A DNA stretch of 64,000 nt from Candidatus Multivorans sp. (GCA_965224025.1 OZ245033.1:448001-512000), one strand, 5' to 3'; shown: positions 20,769-32,183, counted from the stretch's first letter. A program made the numbers and translations. Notes: a model not told the origin generated them from the sequence alone.

Positions 20769-21140
20769 CTAACTGCTGCGATTGGCCGTGAACTCGCGTT
20801 CGCCGCGGGGGGTGACCATCTTGCCGGTCATCGTGTCGCCATCGACCGTCGCCTCGAAGTTCAGATCGAAGGTCTGGCCGCCCCTGCCCACTTCGCGTCC
20901 GAACTTGAGCGTCTCGCCGTCCCAGGACACGTTCGTCAGGTCGCCGCTTCGGCGTGGGTTGCTCCAGGCGCCCTTGAGCTTGCCGTCCACCTCCGTGAAC
21001 TCGTAGACGACCTCGAAGGCACCCTGTGGCGTTTGGGCCATCGACGTCCACTTGCCGAGGACGGGGGCGTTGTCGGCGGCCAGCGCGGCCGGGGCCAGCG
21101 CCAGAAGGAGGGAAGCGGCGATCAGGATGGTCTGTCTCAT
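20769..21140 (-). CDS. Small secreted beta-rich hypothetical protein
   Basis: 123 aa; signal peptide; GAGGAG RBS; high GC3. Confidence 0.8.
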   Translation of the reverse strand: MRQTILIAASLLLALAPAALAADNAPVLGKWTSMAQTPQGAFEVVYEFTEVDGKLKGAWSNPRRSGDLTNVSWDGETLKFGREVGRGGQTFDLNFEATVDGDTMTGKMVTPRGEREFTANRSS

Positions 21141-21408
21141 GGCGGGCTCCTCAGGAGGTTCGGTGCTCGTGTGTTGGCGGCGGTCGCCGGGCAGCGACTG
21201 AACGTGCCGGTATCCGTAGCCGCTCGTAGGATGGGTTTGTCTTGGGTGTAAGGACGACCGTCGTTGCCGTTTTGTTCCTGTCGGCTGGGGTTGCGCCGGC
21301 GGGGAGCGCGTGCCTGTCCTTCTTCCCGAAACCGGCTAGAGGGGAACCGATGAAGATTGAACATTTCAAGTGCGCGGTCGCCGACCTCGCCGAGGGAAGG
21401 TGGAAGCG

Positions 21409-22158
21409 ATGAAGATTGACCACTTCATGTACGCGGCCGCCGACCTCGACGAAGGAATGGCGTTGGCCGAGGATGTCTTCGGCGTGGCGCCGGCGTTCGG
21501 CGGCGCCCACGAAGGGCTCGGAACGCGCAACGCGTTGCTTGCCTTGCGAGCTGGCGCCGCAGAACGCAGCGAAGCGAGTTCGGGGCGCAAGCTCGCAGGC
21601 GCGGACGGGATGGGCGGAAACACCGAGCCTGCGAGGGGTTTCGGGGCGCTGGGCGACACGTACCTCGAGATCATCGCGCCGGACCCGGCGCAGTCGGTGG
21701 AGAGCCAGATGGTCGAGGGCATGGCCGAGCTGAGTGCCGGGGGGCTGGTGACGTGGGCGGCGCAGGGCGATCTCGTCGTCACGAAGGGCTTGCTCGAGGA
21801 GGCGGGGATCTCGTCGGCCGGCCCGGTGGAAACGCGGCGGCGCACGGCCGACGGCGAGCTGCTGGTGTGGGATCTGCTGTTTCCGCAAGGTAGCGGCTAC
21901 GGGATGCCCTTCTTCATCGACTGGCGGGAGTCTCCCCACCCGGCCACGACGACGCCGGTGGGCGGGGAGTTGCGGTCGTTCGGGATCTCGACGCCGGACG
22001 CCGAACAGCTTGACGCGGTGTTGGCGAGTCTTGGGCTGGGCGTGGAGGTGTCGGATGGGGAGCCGGTGATGCGGGTCGTGATCGAGGGGGCGAAGGGTCC
22101 GGTGGAGTTGGTTTCTACGGAGGAGAGTCGGGGGCTGCAGCCATCGTCAAGGCGTTGA
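21409..22158 (+). CDS. VOC/glyoxalase-like family protein with a 35-aa in-frame insertion
   Basis: IDHFMYA, GGAHEGLGTRNALL, YLEIIAPDP, MPFFIDW, HPA. Confidence 0.88.
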   Translation: MKIDHFMYAAADLDEGMALAEDVFGVAPAFGGAHEGLGTRNALLALRAGAAERSEASSGRKLAGADGMGGNTEPARGFGALGDTYLEIIAPDPAQSVESQMVEGMAELSAGGLVTWAAQGDLVVTKGLLEEAGISSAGPVETRRRTADGELLVWDLLFPQGSGYGMPFFIDWRESPHPATTTPVGGELRSFGISTPDAEQLDAVLASLGLGVEVSDGEPVMRVVIEGAKGPVELVSTEESRGLQPSSRR

Positions 22159-22232
22159 TGGGATTCGGAGACAGCCGACGTCGCTGCGATGGAGGTTTCT
22201 GCCGTACCCGGCATCGTCTCACTGCGGGCGAT

Positions 22233-22407
22233 GCGGGCCAGAAGGCCCGCGCACCCAGAGATAAGGCGGTGCTGCGAGCAAAGCTCTGTTCTGCAAACGT
22301 CACCGCGTCACTGCGAGCGGCAAGAGTGCAGTAGAGACTCTCGCCGCGGCGAAGGCGTCGCTCTGGGTGCGCGGGCCTTCTGGCCCGCTGCCGCCGCAAG
22401 GCGGCCA
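22233..22407. repeat. Inverted pair of family-C REPs (REPIN-like)
   Basis: 22233..22260 and 22361..22388 are reverse complements separated by 100 nt. Confidence 0.85.
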
Positions 22408-22515
22408 AGTGACGCGCCGGCCTTTGGCCGGCACCGCTTGGGCGATAGGAGTAGGGTTGGCCGCTACAACAAACCTGATCACGACCGTCCTTCACAGCCT
22501 CGACGGAGGAACACG

Positions 22516-23001
22516 ATGACCGAGAACGTCCCGAAGAACCGTACTCGTCTGGCCCGCCCCTACCTCGCGATCGCGGCCCTGAGCCTCGCCGCCATCCCGG
22601 CTGCCGCTCAGAACTACATCGACGATTGGGCCAAACGGGCGGGCGAACAGATCGTCTGGCACCGGACCCGGTTGAGCGACACGGTCTACCTGCTCCTGCC
22701 CGAGCCGGCCCTGGCGGGCAATCTCGCGGTCTCCGCGGGAGAGGACGGCATCCTGATCGTCGACGACGAAACGAAGATCATCCCCGGCCACGGGCCGCTG
22801 GCGACGAAGGCCGATCTGCAGAGGTACCACGACTACGTCACTGAGACGATCGACCACATCGACAAGCAGAAGAGCGCAGGCAAGTCGCTCGAGGACGTCC
22901 AGAAGGACGGCCTGCCGGAGAAGTTCGCGCCGTACGGCAATGGCCCGCTGTCGCCGGAGCCGGTCTGGATCGGCTACGTCTGGGCCAGCCTCGACGACTG
23001 A
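22516..23001 (+). pseudogene. MBL-fold metallohydrolase with an in-frame internal deletion
   Basis: GNLAVSAGEDGILIVDD fused directly to ETKIIPGHG; HxHxDH motif absent. Confidence 0.82.
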
Positions 23002-23804
23002 GAACGTCCCTGGAGAATCCAACCTCTCCGTCGGGCGCGGCGACGACCAACGACGTCGTCATCGACGTCCGGGACCTGCGAAAGAGCTACAAGGACATTG
23101 TGGCCGTCGACGGGGTCTCGTTCCACGTCCATCGCGGCGAGATCTTCGGCATGCTGGGCCCGAACGGGGCCGGCAAGACGACCACCGTCGAGATTCTGGA
23201 GGGACTGCGCGAGGCGGACGGCGGCGAGGCGTTCATCGACGGCGTCGGCGTGAAGAAGAACCGCCGGCGCGTCAAGGGCATGATCGGAGTCCAGCTCCAG
23301 CAGAACGCCTTCTTCGACAACCTGACGCTCCGCGAGACGGTCCAACTGTTCGCGACGCTCTACGGCGCGGACACCTCGCCGGACGAGATGCTGGCCAGGG
23401 TCGACCTGGCGGATCGGGCGAAGTCGCGGTACAAGCACCTGTCCGGGGGCCAGAGACAGCGCTTCTCGATCGCGGTCGCCATGGTCAACGAGCCGGTGGC
23501 GATGTTCCTGGACGAGCCGACGACCGGCCTCGACCCCCAGGCCCGCCGCAGGATGTGGAAGCTGATCGACGGCCTGCGGTCCAACGGCATGGCGATCATG
23601 CTGACCACCCACTACATGGAAGAGGCGGAGGTGCTCTGCGACCGGGTGGCGGTCATCGACCGCGGCTCCATCGTCGCGGTGGACGCGCCGCAGGCGCTGA
23701 TCCAGCAGTTGGCGCGCCGCGGCGGCCAGTCGGTCCGCCGGGACGGCGCCCTGACGCTGGAAGACGTCTTCCTCGATCTGACCGGGCACCAGCTCGTCGA
23801 GTAG
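22998..23804 (+). CDS. ABC transporter ATP-binding protein (probable CTG start)
   Basis: GPNGAGKTT, LSGGQ, LDEPT, TTH; conserved VIDVRDLRKSY lies upstream of the first canonical start at 23100. Confidence 0.9.
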   Translation: MRTSLENPTSPSGAATTNDVVIDVRDLRKSYKDIVAVDGVSFHVHRGEIFGMLGPNGAGKTTTVEILEGLREADGGEAFIDGVGVKKNRRRVKGMIGVQLQQNAFFDNLTLRETVQLFATLYGADTSPDEMLARVDLADRAKSRYKHLSGGQRQRFSIAVAMVNEPVAMFLDEPTTGLDPQARRRMWKLIDGLRSNGMAIMLTTHYMEEAEVLCDRVAVIDRGSIVAVDAPQALIQQLARRGGQSVRRDGALTLEDVFLDLTGHQLVE

Positions 23805-23814
23805 GGGTCCCACG

Positions 23815-24948
23815 GTGAAGATCTACACAGCGTTCATCGTCGCCGAGTTGAAGATGTTCTTCCGCGACCGGGCGGCGCTCTTCTGGTCGTTGGCCTTTCC
23901 GACCGTGATGATGGTCGTCTTCGGCCTCTTCGACTTCGGCAGTTTCGTCCCGCCGAGCGTGGGCATCGTCGACCAGGCGAAGAACCAGACGTCGGCCCTC
24001 CTGGTGTCCGTGTTGAAGGGCGACCTCGGCGGCGAACCGCTCTTCACCGTCCCCGAGTCCGAGGACGCCGAGGTCCTGCGAGCCGAGGTCCTCGCCGGCG
24101 ACATCACCGCGGTGATGGTGATCCCCGAGGGCTTCGGGGAACTCGGCTTCGGCGAACTCGGCGCCTCCTCGACAATCGACCTCACGTTCGATGGCAGGAA
24201 GGCCCAGGAGGCGGAGGCGGCCCGGTCCATTCTGGCTCAGGTGCTCGAAGGGGTCTTCAAGTCCGTCGCGGACGTCCCCGCGGAGTACCGGGTCGAGAAC
24301 TGGGCGACGGTCTCCGCCACCGAAGTCGCGGGCCGCGGCCAGGGTTACAAGGGGTTCATCGTGCCCGGGATCGTCTCGCTGGCCATCATGCAGAGCGCGC
24401 TCTTCGGCGTCGTCTTCACGCTCGTGCGGCTGCGCAACCAAGGCGTGCTCAAGCGGCTGCACGCCACGCCCATCGGCCCGAATCATTTCCTGGTCGGTTC
24501 ACTCACGACCAGGCTCCTGCTGCTCGTTCTGCAGACGAACGTCTTGCTGCTCGTCGGCATCCTCGTGTCCCGCGTCGACGTGGCGCCGGGCTATCCCCTG
24601 TTCTGGCTGGAGGTCATCCCTCTGATCTTCCTCGGCGGACTCGTGTTCGCCTCATTGGGCCTGGCGATCTCAGGCATCGCGAAGACGGAGAACACGGCGG
24701 CGCCCCTCGCGAACATCGTGTCGCTGCCCCTGATGTTCCTGTCCGGCGTGTTCTTCTCCCAGACCGCGCTGCCGGACTGGCTCCTGGGGTTCGCGAAGTG
24801 GCTGCCGCTGACCTTCCTGGCCGACGCGATGCGAGCCATGGTGAACAGCGGCGAGACGCTGTTCAGTCAGGGCGGGCCGATCCTGGGGTTGGCCGGGTGG
24901 GCCGTCGTCTGCTTCGGGCTTGCCGTGTGGGCGTTCCGGTGGGAATGA
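23815..24948 (+). CDS. ABC-2 type exporter permease
   Basis: FFRDRAALFWSLAFP, LKRLHATP, FLSGVFF; multiple TM segments. Confidence 0.9.
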   Translation: MKIYTAFIVAELKMFFRDRAALFWSLAFPTVMMVVFGLFDFGSFVPPSVGIVDQAKNQTSALLVSVLKGDLGGEPLFTVPESEDAEVLRAEVLAGDITAVMVIPEGFGELGFGELGASSTIDLTFDGRKAQEAEAARSILAQVLEGVFKSVADVPAEYRVENWATVSATEVAGRGQGYKGFIVPGIVSLAIMQSALFGVVFTLVRLRNQGVLKRLHATPIGPNHFLVGSLTTRLLLLVLQTNVLLLVGILVSRVDVAPGYPLFWLEVIPLIFLGGLVFASLGLAISGIAKTENTAAPLANIVSLPLMFLSGVFFSQTALPDWLLGFAKWLPLTFLADAMRAMVNSGETLFSQGGPILGLAGWAVVCFGLAVWAFRWE

Positions 24949-25533
24949 TCGGCGGTGCCGCGGAACGTGCGAGAGCAACGCCGCTCCAGTAGCGCTTCAG
25001 AACTCGATCGGAAAGACGTTGGGGGTAGTGTCGATCCGAATCAACCTCCGCTCGCTAACGCCCGGGGCATCGACTTGGAGGCGGTAGTTGCCGGTAGGAA
25101 TACGGCCGGTCCAGAGCGTCTCACCCGTTGAATGGCCGTTGTCACATGGTTCTACTGCGTGGCCCAAATGAGTGACGTCCCCACAGGGCGGCGCGAGGAG
25201 GGCGTCCGGGATGCTGCCCACGGTCGCGGCGTCGTGCCGTCCGACGTTGAGTTGAACGACTGCGTCACCGTCCGATCGTGCAGCAACAACCTGAAGCGCT
25301 GGCCGCCAGACCAGAGGGTCCGCCGTTTCACCCACGCGGGGCCAAACGACGACATGATTCGGTTGATCCGCGACGCTGCGCCCGCACTGTCACCCGCGTC
25401 GGGAGCGAACTCGTGTGCCGGCCACTCGCCCAGTTCAACTCGACCGAGCAACGCCGCATCTTGCGCCTTCGCCGTAACGCTCGCGAAAGACAGCACGCAA
25501 AGGGGATTATATCCGTAGGTTGACAGAAACCGA

Positions 25534-25668
25534 TCACGCCTCGGCCTTCTTGGTGGCCTTGACCGGCTTCGCCCGGTCCTTCATCAGCAGCCAGTGCGCC
25601 ACCTGCTTCGGAGTCGCGCCGTTGTAGTTGGCCTTCAATCCCTTGCGGCGAGGCTTCTTGATCTTCAT
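25534..25668 (-). CDS. 44-aa basic micro-protein inside the IS
   Basis: MKIKKPRRKGLKANYNGATPKQVAHWLLMKDRAKPVKATKKAEA; high GC3; fills the gap to the TIR. Confidence 0.5.
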   Translation of the reverse strand: MKIKKPRRKGLKANYNGATPKQVAHWLLMKDRAKPVKATKKAEA

Positions 25669-25711
25669 AACAGCGCCGCTCACCTAGGCCCGCCGTAGAT
25701 GGAATGCTCCC

Positions 25712-27298
25712 TCAGAACAGTTCCTGCTGCGCCATCGGCTTGCCGCTGTACGGATCGTTCATCGTCGGCAAGCGTGGCAGTCTCCCGTCGAAGTACTCGC
25801 TGATCGGCCATAGCTGCATTCTCCTGTAGGGCTGACCGGACACGCTGATCGTGCCAGCCTCTGCCGCTTCCGCCCGCGCTGCACGCGAGCCGACTGGTTC
25901 CAGTGTGACGAAGCAGCCGAGAGCCGCTTCGTCGCGGTCTGTGACATGGCGGAAGTCCCGCAACGCTCCGAGATGGAATCCACCGCCCTTGATCTGCGCC
26001 AGCGCGAGACGGGAATCGTAGTCGTCCGGCTGAGCGGCGATCACGGCGCGACCGTCCACGCCGCCGTCCGCAACCTGCTTCATGTTCGGCGCGAAACCGG
26101 GGAGCCGCGTCACCGCCCACGATTCAAAGCTGAACGGCTGCTCGGTTGCCAGCTTGCGCGCCGATGCGAGATCGACCGGGATCCCCTTCGTCGGGATCGT
26201 CCGGTTCTTCAGCCGCTTCTCACGGATCAGGTCGATAGCGAATGACGAAATGTCGATCCCGGCCCACTGTCGGCCGAGACGCTGCGCCGCTTCAATGGTC
26301 GTACCGCAACCGCAGAACGGATCGAGAATCAGGTCGTCAGGGTTACTGCTCGCTTCGATGATCCGCTCCAGCAACGCGCGGGGCTTCTGGGTCGGGTAAC
26401 CCATCCGTTCCTTCGCCTGGGCGCCGATCGGCCCTATGTCCGTCCATAGGTCCTGCAACGGCCGGCCCTTGGCCTCGTCCAAATAGCGCTTGTAGGCCGG
26501 GACGCGGCCCGGCGCTGTTTGTACAACCCGTCCTTCGTCGATCATCCGCTGCATCCGCTCGCGGGAGTAGGCCCAATAGCGCGTTACGCCCAGTACCTCG
26601 TACTGCGGGTTGCCCTTCGCTGCACCGCCGCGCCCAGTCATATCGCTGAGTCGATAGCGCCGTCCAGTGTCTTCTTCGACATAGCGGTAGAAACCGTCGA
26701 CGTATTGGTCATCGTATGGCGTGTACAGCGGATTCCAAGCCCAACCGTCGCCCCTCGAGTAGTAGAGGACGCGATCCAGTACACGTCCAAATTGTCGTCT
26801 TCCCTGCGCGCCGTCGTTGTGGCTGCTGGTTCGCTTCCATCCGATTTCGGATCGGAAATTCGGCACACCGAAGATCGCGTCCATGACGATTTTGAGATAG
26901 TGGCTCGCGGTCGGGTCACAGTGCAAGTAGATCGAACCTGTTGGCTTGAGGAGCCGGTGCATGTGCTCCAAGCGCTCCGCCATGTAGGTCAGGTAGGCGA
27001 GCATCCCGGACGGGCCGATGGCGTGCCGTAGGCCCACTATCGCGTCGTGGGCGCGTCGTGCGGGCGCACCCTCGTAGGCCGCGTAGCGGTCCGCCGCGGC
27101 TTCGTCCCACGCCCATGTGTCGCTGAACGCCCGGTACTGCGCGTCAGCGCCGCCGCGAGCCGAGTAGAGGATGTTGTAGTCGGCCTTCGAGTTGAATGGC
27201 GGATCGAGGTAAATCAGGTCTACGGACTGATCGTCCCATCGCTGCATCCAGTCGAGGCAGTCACCGTAGTACAGCGTGCCCGCGTCCGGTGGGTTCAT
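25712..27298 (-). CDS. Beta-class N6A/N4C DNA methyltransferase with a C-terminal Mrr-like nuclease domain
   Basis: DLIYLDPPF, YPTQKP, LDPFCGCGTT; tail FESWA...DGGVDG...AQIKGG. Confidence 0.92.
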   Translation of the reverse strand: MNPPDAGTLYYGDCLDWMQRWDDQSVDLIYLDPPFNSKADYNILYSARGGADAQYRAFSDTWAWDEAAADRYAAYEGAPARRAHDAIVGLRHAIGPSGMLAYLTYMAERLEHMHRLLKPTGSIYLHCDPTASHYLKIVMDAIFGVPNFRSEIGWKRTSSHNDGAQGRRQFGRVLDRVLYYSRGDGWAWNPLYTPYDDQYVDGFYRYVEEDTGRRYRLSDMTGRGGAAKGNPQYEVLGVTRYWAYSRERMQRMIDEGRVVQTAPGRVPAYKRYLDEAKGRPLQDLWTDIGPIGAQAKERMGYPTQKPRALLERIIEASSNPDDLILDPFCGCGTTIEAAQRLGRQWAGIDISSFAIDLIREKRLKNRTIPTKGIPVDLASARKLATEQPFSFESWAVTRLPGFAPNMKQVADGGVDGRAVIAAQPDDYDSRLALAQIKGGGFHLGALRDFRHVTDRDEAALGCFVTLEPVGSRAARAEAAEAGTISVSGQPYRRMQLWPISEYFDGRLPRLPTMNDPYSGKPMAQQELF

Positions 27299-28281
27299 GC
27301 CGAGCGAGCGCCGGACGGCAGGCCGTTGTCGGCGATCAGGTCACGGTACTGGAGCCGCTTGCCCGCCAGCCCCTCGGTGACGGACGCCATTTGCGCCAGC
27401 GTGTCGAGATCGCGGAAGTTGTGACGGCCCGCGAACTGGTTGACGTAGCGCTGTAGATGCTTCGGTGAGAGCTTGTGGTACACGCCCTTGTGGGCGCGCT
27501 TGAGCATCGACCAGAAGCTCTCGATCGAGTTCGTGTGAACCTTGCCCGCAACGTACTCGCCGACCGAGTGCTTGACGGTGCCGCGCTCGTACTCGGTCAA
27601 ACCGCTGTACGCCCCCGTATCGTCCGTGTAGACCGTTGCGCCGGGTTCGACGTGCTCACGGACGAACGCTTGCAGGGTCTCGCCGTCGGTCGAACGGACG
27701 ACACGCGCCGCCACCATGCCGGTCTCGCGGTCCTTGACGCCCACCACCGCTGTCTTGCCGACAGAGCCACGGCCTTCGAGGGTCTTGCGCTTCTTCGCGT
27801 GCATATTCTTCCGCAGACCGCCGAAGTACGCCTCATCGGCTTCTGCCGGTCCCTCGAAGCGCACGGTCGGCCCCGAGTCGCTGAACTCGCGGATGCGCTG
27901 GAGCATGAACCACGCGGTCTTCTGAGTGACGCCCAGGTCACGGTGGATCTTCATCGACGACACGCCCTTGAGGCTCGTTGTGTCGAGGTAGATCGCGTAC
28001 AGCCACTTGAGCAGAGGCAGCTTCGACCGCGCCATCACGGTGCCGGTCTTCACCGAGAAGTACCGCTTGCAGTCGCGGCAGCGGTACGGCATCTTCGCGT
28101 GGCTGCACTCGTGGTTGTTGTCGGTGCCGCAGTGCGGGCAGTAGCGCTCGCCGTCCGGCCAGACGATCGCCTCGAACCACTGCCGCGCCGCTTCCTCATC
28201 GGGGAACATCCGCTGCAAGTCGAACAGCGTGATGCCCTTCCGGTGAGCCTTGCCGGGTGCCTTGAGTTCTGTGTCGTTCAT
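27295..28281 (-). CDS. IS1595 family (ISXO2-like) DDE transposase
   Basis: Zn ribbon CPHC...CRDC, HTH region, EADEAY / YTDD / NSIESFW; ATGA coupling to the methyltransferase. Confidence 0.95.
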   Translation of the reverse strand: MNDTELKAPGKAHRKGITLFDLQRMFPDEEAARQWFEAIVWPDGERYCPHCGTDNNHECSHAKMPYRCRDCKRYFSVKTGTVMARSKLPLLKWLYAIYLDTTSLKGVSSMKIHRDLGVTQKTAWFMLQRIREFSDSGPTVRFEGPAEADEAYFGGLRKNMHAKKRKTLEGRGSVGKTAVVGVKDRETGMVAARVVRSTDGETLQAFVREHVEPGATVYTDDTGAYSGLTEYERGTVKHSVGEYVAGKVHTNSIESFWSMLKRAHKGVYHKLSPKHLQRYVNQFAGRHNFRDLDTLAQMASVTEGLAGKRLQYRDLIADNGLPSGARSA

Positions 28282-28480
28282 CGCTTCTCCCTCCGTCAAC
28301 CGTGAGGTATACCCTACCGGACGGAGAGCCAGTTTGTCAACCTAGAGATATAATCCCCCACGCAAACTGCCGCCGCTGAAACCCTCGCGGATCTGAACAC
28401 AGGACAGCAGGTCCAATCCAACCGCACGGTCTCTGGAGTGGTACCGCGCTCTGCGCGGCCCTAGAAGCCCGACTTCCGCT

Positions 28481-29554
28481 CTACTGACCGCCCGAACTCT
28501 GCGGCTGGTCGTACTCCGACTCGAGCAGGCGAGCGCCGCGCAGGACGTTGCCCATCGCGTAGTTGCCTTCGTGACAGGCGTACTCGTAGACGCGGCTGTC
28601 CTTGCCCTGCCAGGAGTACTCACCCGCCCAGGGCGCAGTCCACGAGTTCGGATCCTCGACCCGGAAGTGGTAGAGCAGATTCCCGTCCTCGGTCCGGGTG
28701 AAGCGCTCCTCCACGTGCATGGTCTCGCTGCCTCCGGGGAGACCGGTCTGGTTGCGGAAGTTGCGCGTATTGACGACCAGGGTGTCGCCATCCCAGTGGC
28801 CGACGCCATCACCGAGCCACCAGTTGACGCCATCAGGACCGGGCTCGCCGTCGATGGGCACGATCCGGGCGTCGTGGACCATCTCCGCCATGATGACGAC
28901 ATGGTTCTCGGTCTGGACGATGCGCGCGTAGTTGTTGTACAGGCTGGGCAGCAGCGGAGGTCCGCCGACGAAGCCGAGCAGGCAACGCTCGGCCAGGGCC
29001 AGGGTCTCGGGGCCATCGAACGGGCCGGGGCCGTCATGGTCGAGCCAGGATGCGGTGCCGTCGTTGTTGTGGATGAACGAGGCGAAGTTCGTGGCCATCC
29101 GGCGCATGGCCGCGGGCGTCATCATCGGCCGGCGACCGTTCGGCGGGTCGTAGATGATCGAGGTGCGGAACTTGCCGTCCACCACCACGGCCTCGGAGCC
29201 GGGGTCGATCCAGAACGCGTTGTAGCCGCCGACGCCGCCGCCGCCGAAGCGGTTGTCGCCATCGCCGCCTTTCTTGGGCGCTCCGCGGTCGGCGCCGCCA
29301 CCCTTGTCCTCTTCGATGTTCTGCCAGAACGCCTCCCTCTCCTCTTCGAGCGCCTGCCCTTGCTCGGGGGTCAGGTAGAGGTTCTCGCCGTACTGCTGCG
29401 GACGATCGACCGGGGTGACCGTTCCGGCGTCATACACCCCGGAGAGGTCGGGTTTGCCGTTCGGCAGCCGCTTGATGCCGTCTCCCTCCTCGGCCAAAGC
29501 CGGCACAGCGATGAGGACGAGAATGGCGAGCGAGGCGAGGATGAGCTTGCGCAT
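28481..29554 (-). CDS. Conserved secreted hypothetical protein (PDLSG...YEYACHEGN type)
   Basis: Signal peptide; GKPDLSGVY, GDGVGHWDGDTLVV, YEYACHEGNYAM. Confidence 0.85.
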   Translation of the reverse strand: MRKLILASLAILVLIAVPALAEEGDGIKRLPNGKPDLSGVYDAGTVTPVDRPQQYGENLYLTPEQGQALEEEREAFWQNIEEDKGGGADRGAPKKGGDGDNRFGGGGVGGYNAFWIDPGSEAVVVDGKFRTSIIYDPPNGRRPMMTPAAMRRMATNFASFIHNNDGTASWLDHDGPGPFDGPETLALAERCLLGFVGGPPLLPSLYNNYARIVQTENHVVIMAEMVHDARIVPIDGEPGPDGVNWWLGDGVGHWDGDTLVVNTRNFRNQTGLPGGSETMHVEERFTRTEDGNLLYHFRVEDPNSWTAPWAGEYSWQGKDSRVYEYACHEGNYAMGNVLRGARLLESEYDQPQSSGGQ

Positions 29555-29693
29555 GGCTTGAGTCCTTCCGTTGGGGAGCTCGTATCGGTGAATGCGACCG
29601 GGTCAGCATGCTAGCACTGACCGACCCCTCAGGAACTCGCGTCGTTCGCGGCGTTCGGCGGCTACAGTGGTTGCCGGAAGCTTGGACCGGTTG

Positions 29694-30359
29694 ATGAGGA
29701 CGGGGGAGAAAGACGCTCCGGTGGGTTGCCCGAAGGGCCCGGACCGCGCCCCACTCGCGGCTGCCGGCCTTTGCGCCTTGCTCCTGGCGCTCCCGGCGGG
29801 GGTTCAGCCGCAGGATCCGGCCGGGCCGACGGTCGAACGGGTTGAACTGAACGGCACCCCCTACGACGTGCCGCCGCCTTGGCGCGGGAACCGCATCGAA
29901 GCGGCCGCCGACACCTCCACCCTGGTCGCGGTGCCAGCCGAACTGAGCGGAGAACTCGGCATCTACGTCACTCCCGAGACGCGGGACGCTCTGGTGGCGA
30001 TGGCCTCCGCGGCGCGGGAGGAGGGACTTCAGTTGCAGGTGGACTCGGGGTTCCGCAGCTACGGTTTCCAGAAGCGGGTCCTGGAAGACCTCCTCGCGGA
30101 CGGCAGACCGTTCCTGAACGCGGTGCGCTGGACCGCGCCGCCGGGCTATTCGGAGCACATGACGGGTCGCGCCGTCGACTTCGTTCCCAGCGACGCGGAC
30201 TTCAAGGACGTGGCGGCCTACCGATGGCTCCAGGACCGCGCGGCGGACTTCTGCTTCACCGAGAGCTACCCGCTCGGCAACGCCGGCGGCTTCGACTGGG
30301 AACCGTGGCACTGGCGCTACGACGACTGCGGCGAGTACCTTCGCCCGCCGGGCGAGTGA
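29694..30359 (+). CDS. D-alanyl-D-alanine carboxypeptidase (M15B/VanY-like)
   Basis: SGFRS, SEHMTGRAVD, EPWHWRY. Confidence 0.9.
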   Translation: MRTGEKDAPVGCPKGPDRAPLAAAGLCALLLALPAGVQPQDPAGPTVERVELNGTPYDVPPPWRGNRIEAAADTSTLVAVPAELSGELGIYVTPETRDALVAMASAAREEGLQLQVDSGFRSYGFQKRVLEDLLADGRPFLNAVRWTAPPGYSEHMTGRAVDFVPSDADFKDVAAYRWLQDRAADFCFTESYPLGNAGGFDWEPWHWRYDDCGEYLRPPGE

Positions 30360-30662
30360 CCTGCGGACTACTGCCCTTGAGCAGGAGGACCGGAGCTTCC
30401 GCGGCGCTCCGGAGGGCCTCCGAGGGATTGTTCGTGAACTCGCCAACGGTGATCGATCGCAGGGAGCCTCCGCACAGGAAGTATCCTAGGATCTTGCGTG
30501 GGTCAAGCCCGCTCGGTGCCCGCACCGCGGTAGGGTGAGGCTGCGTAGCCTCGTCGCTTCGCGTCTGCGTTGCCTCGCGGGTCAGAAGACCCGCGTTACA
30601 GCTCGGCCAGAAGGCCGGCGCACCGACACTCGGCGGCGATGGGCTGCCGAGGAAACTTCAAG

Positions 30663-32150
<1,488 letters not shown>

Positions 32151-32183
32151 GCACGCGGCAGTTCCTCCCCGGAGGCGGCCGGA

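Larger units (their letters stand above)
25502..28358 (-). mobile_element. IS1595-family transporter IS with passenger genes
   Basis: 24-bp TIRs GGGGATTATATCYSTAGGTTGACA (25502..25525 and 28335..28358; 22/24 match); 8-bp TSD CACGCAAA at 25494..25501 and 28359..28366. Confidence 0.96.
24997..28427 (-). pseudogene. Secreted protein gene interrupted by the IS1595 element
   Basis: Removing the IS and one TSD copy restores MRLDWTCCPVFRSARVSAAAVCVLSFASVTAKAQD...; downstream part appears frameshifted. Confidence 0.55.

Noticed and set aside
29694-30359. Vancomycin resistance locus
   Set aside because: Isolated M15B peptidase without vanA/H/X/R/S
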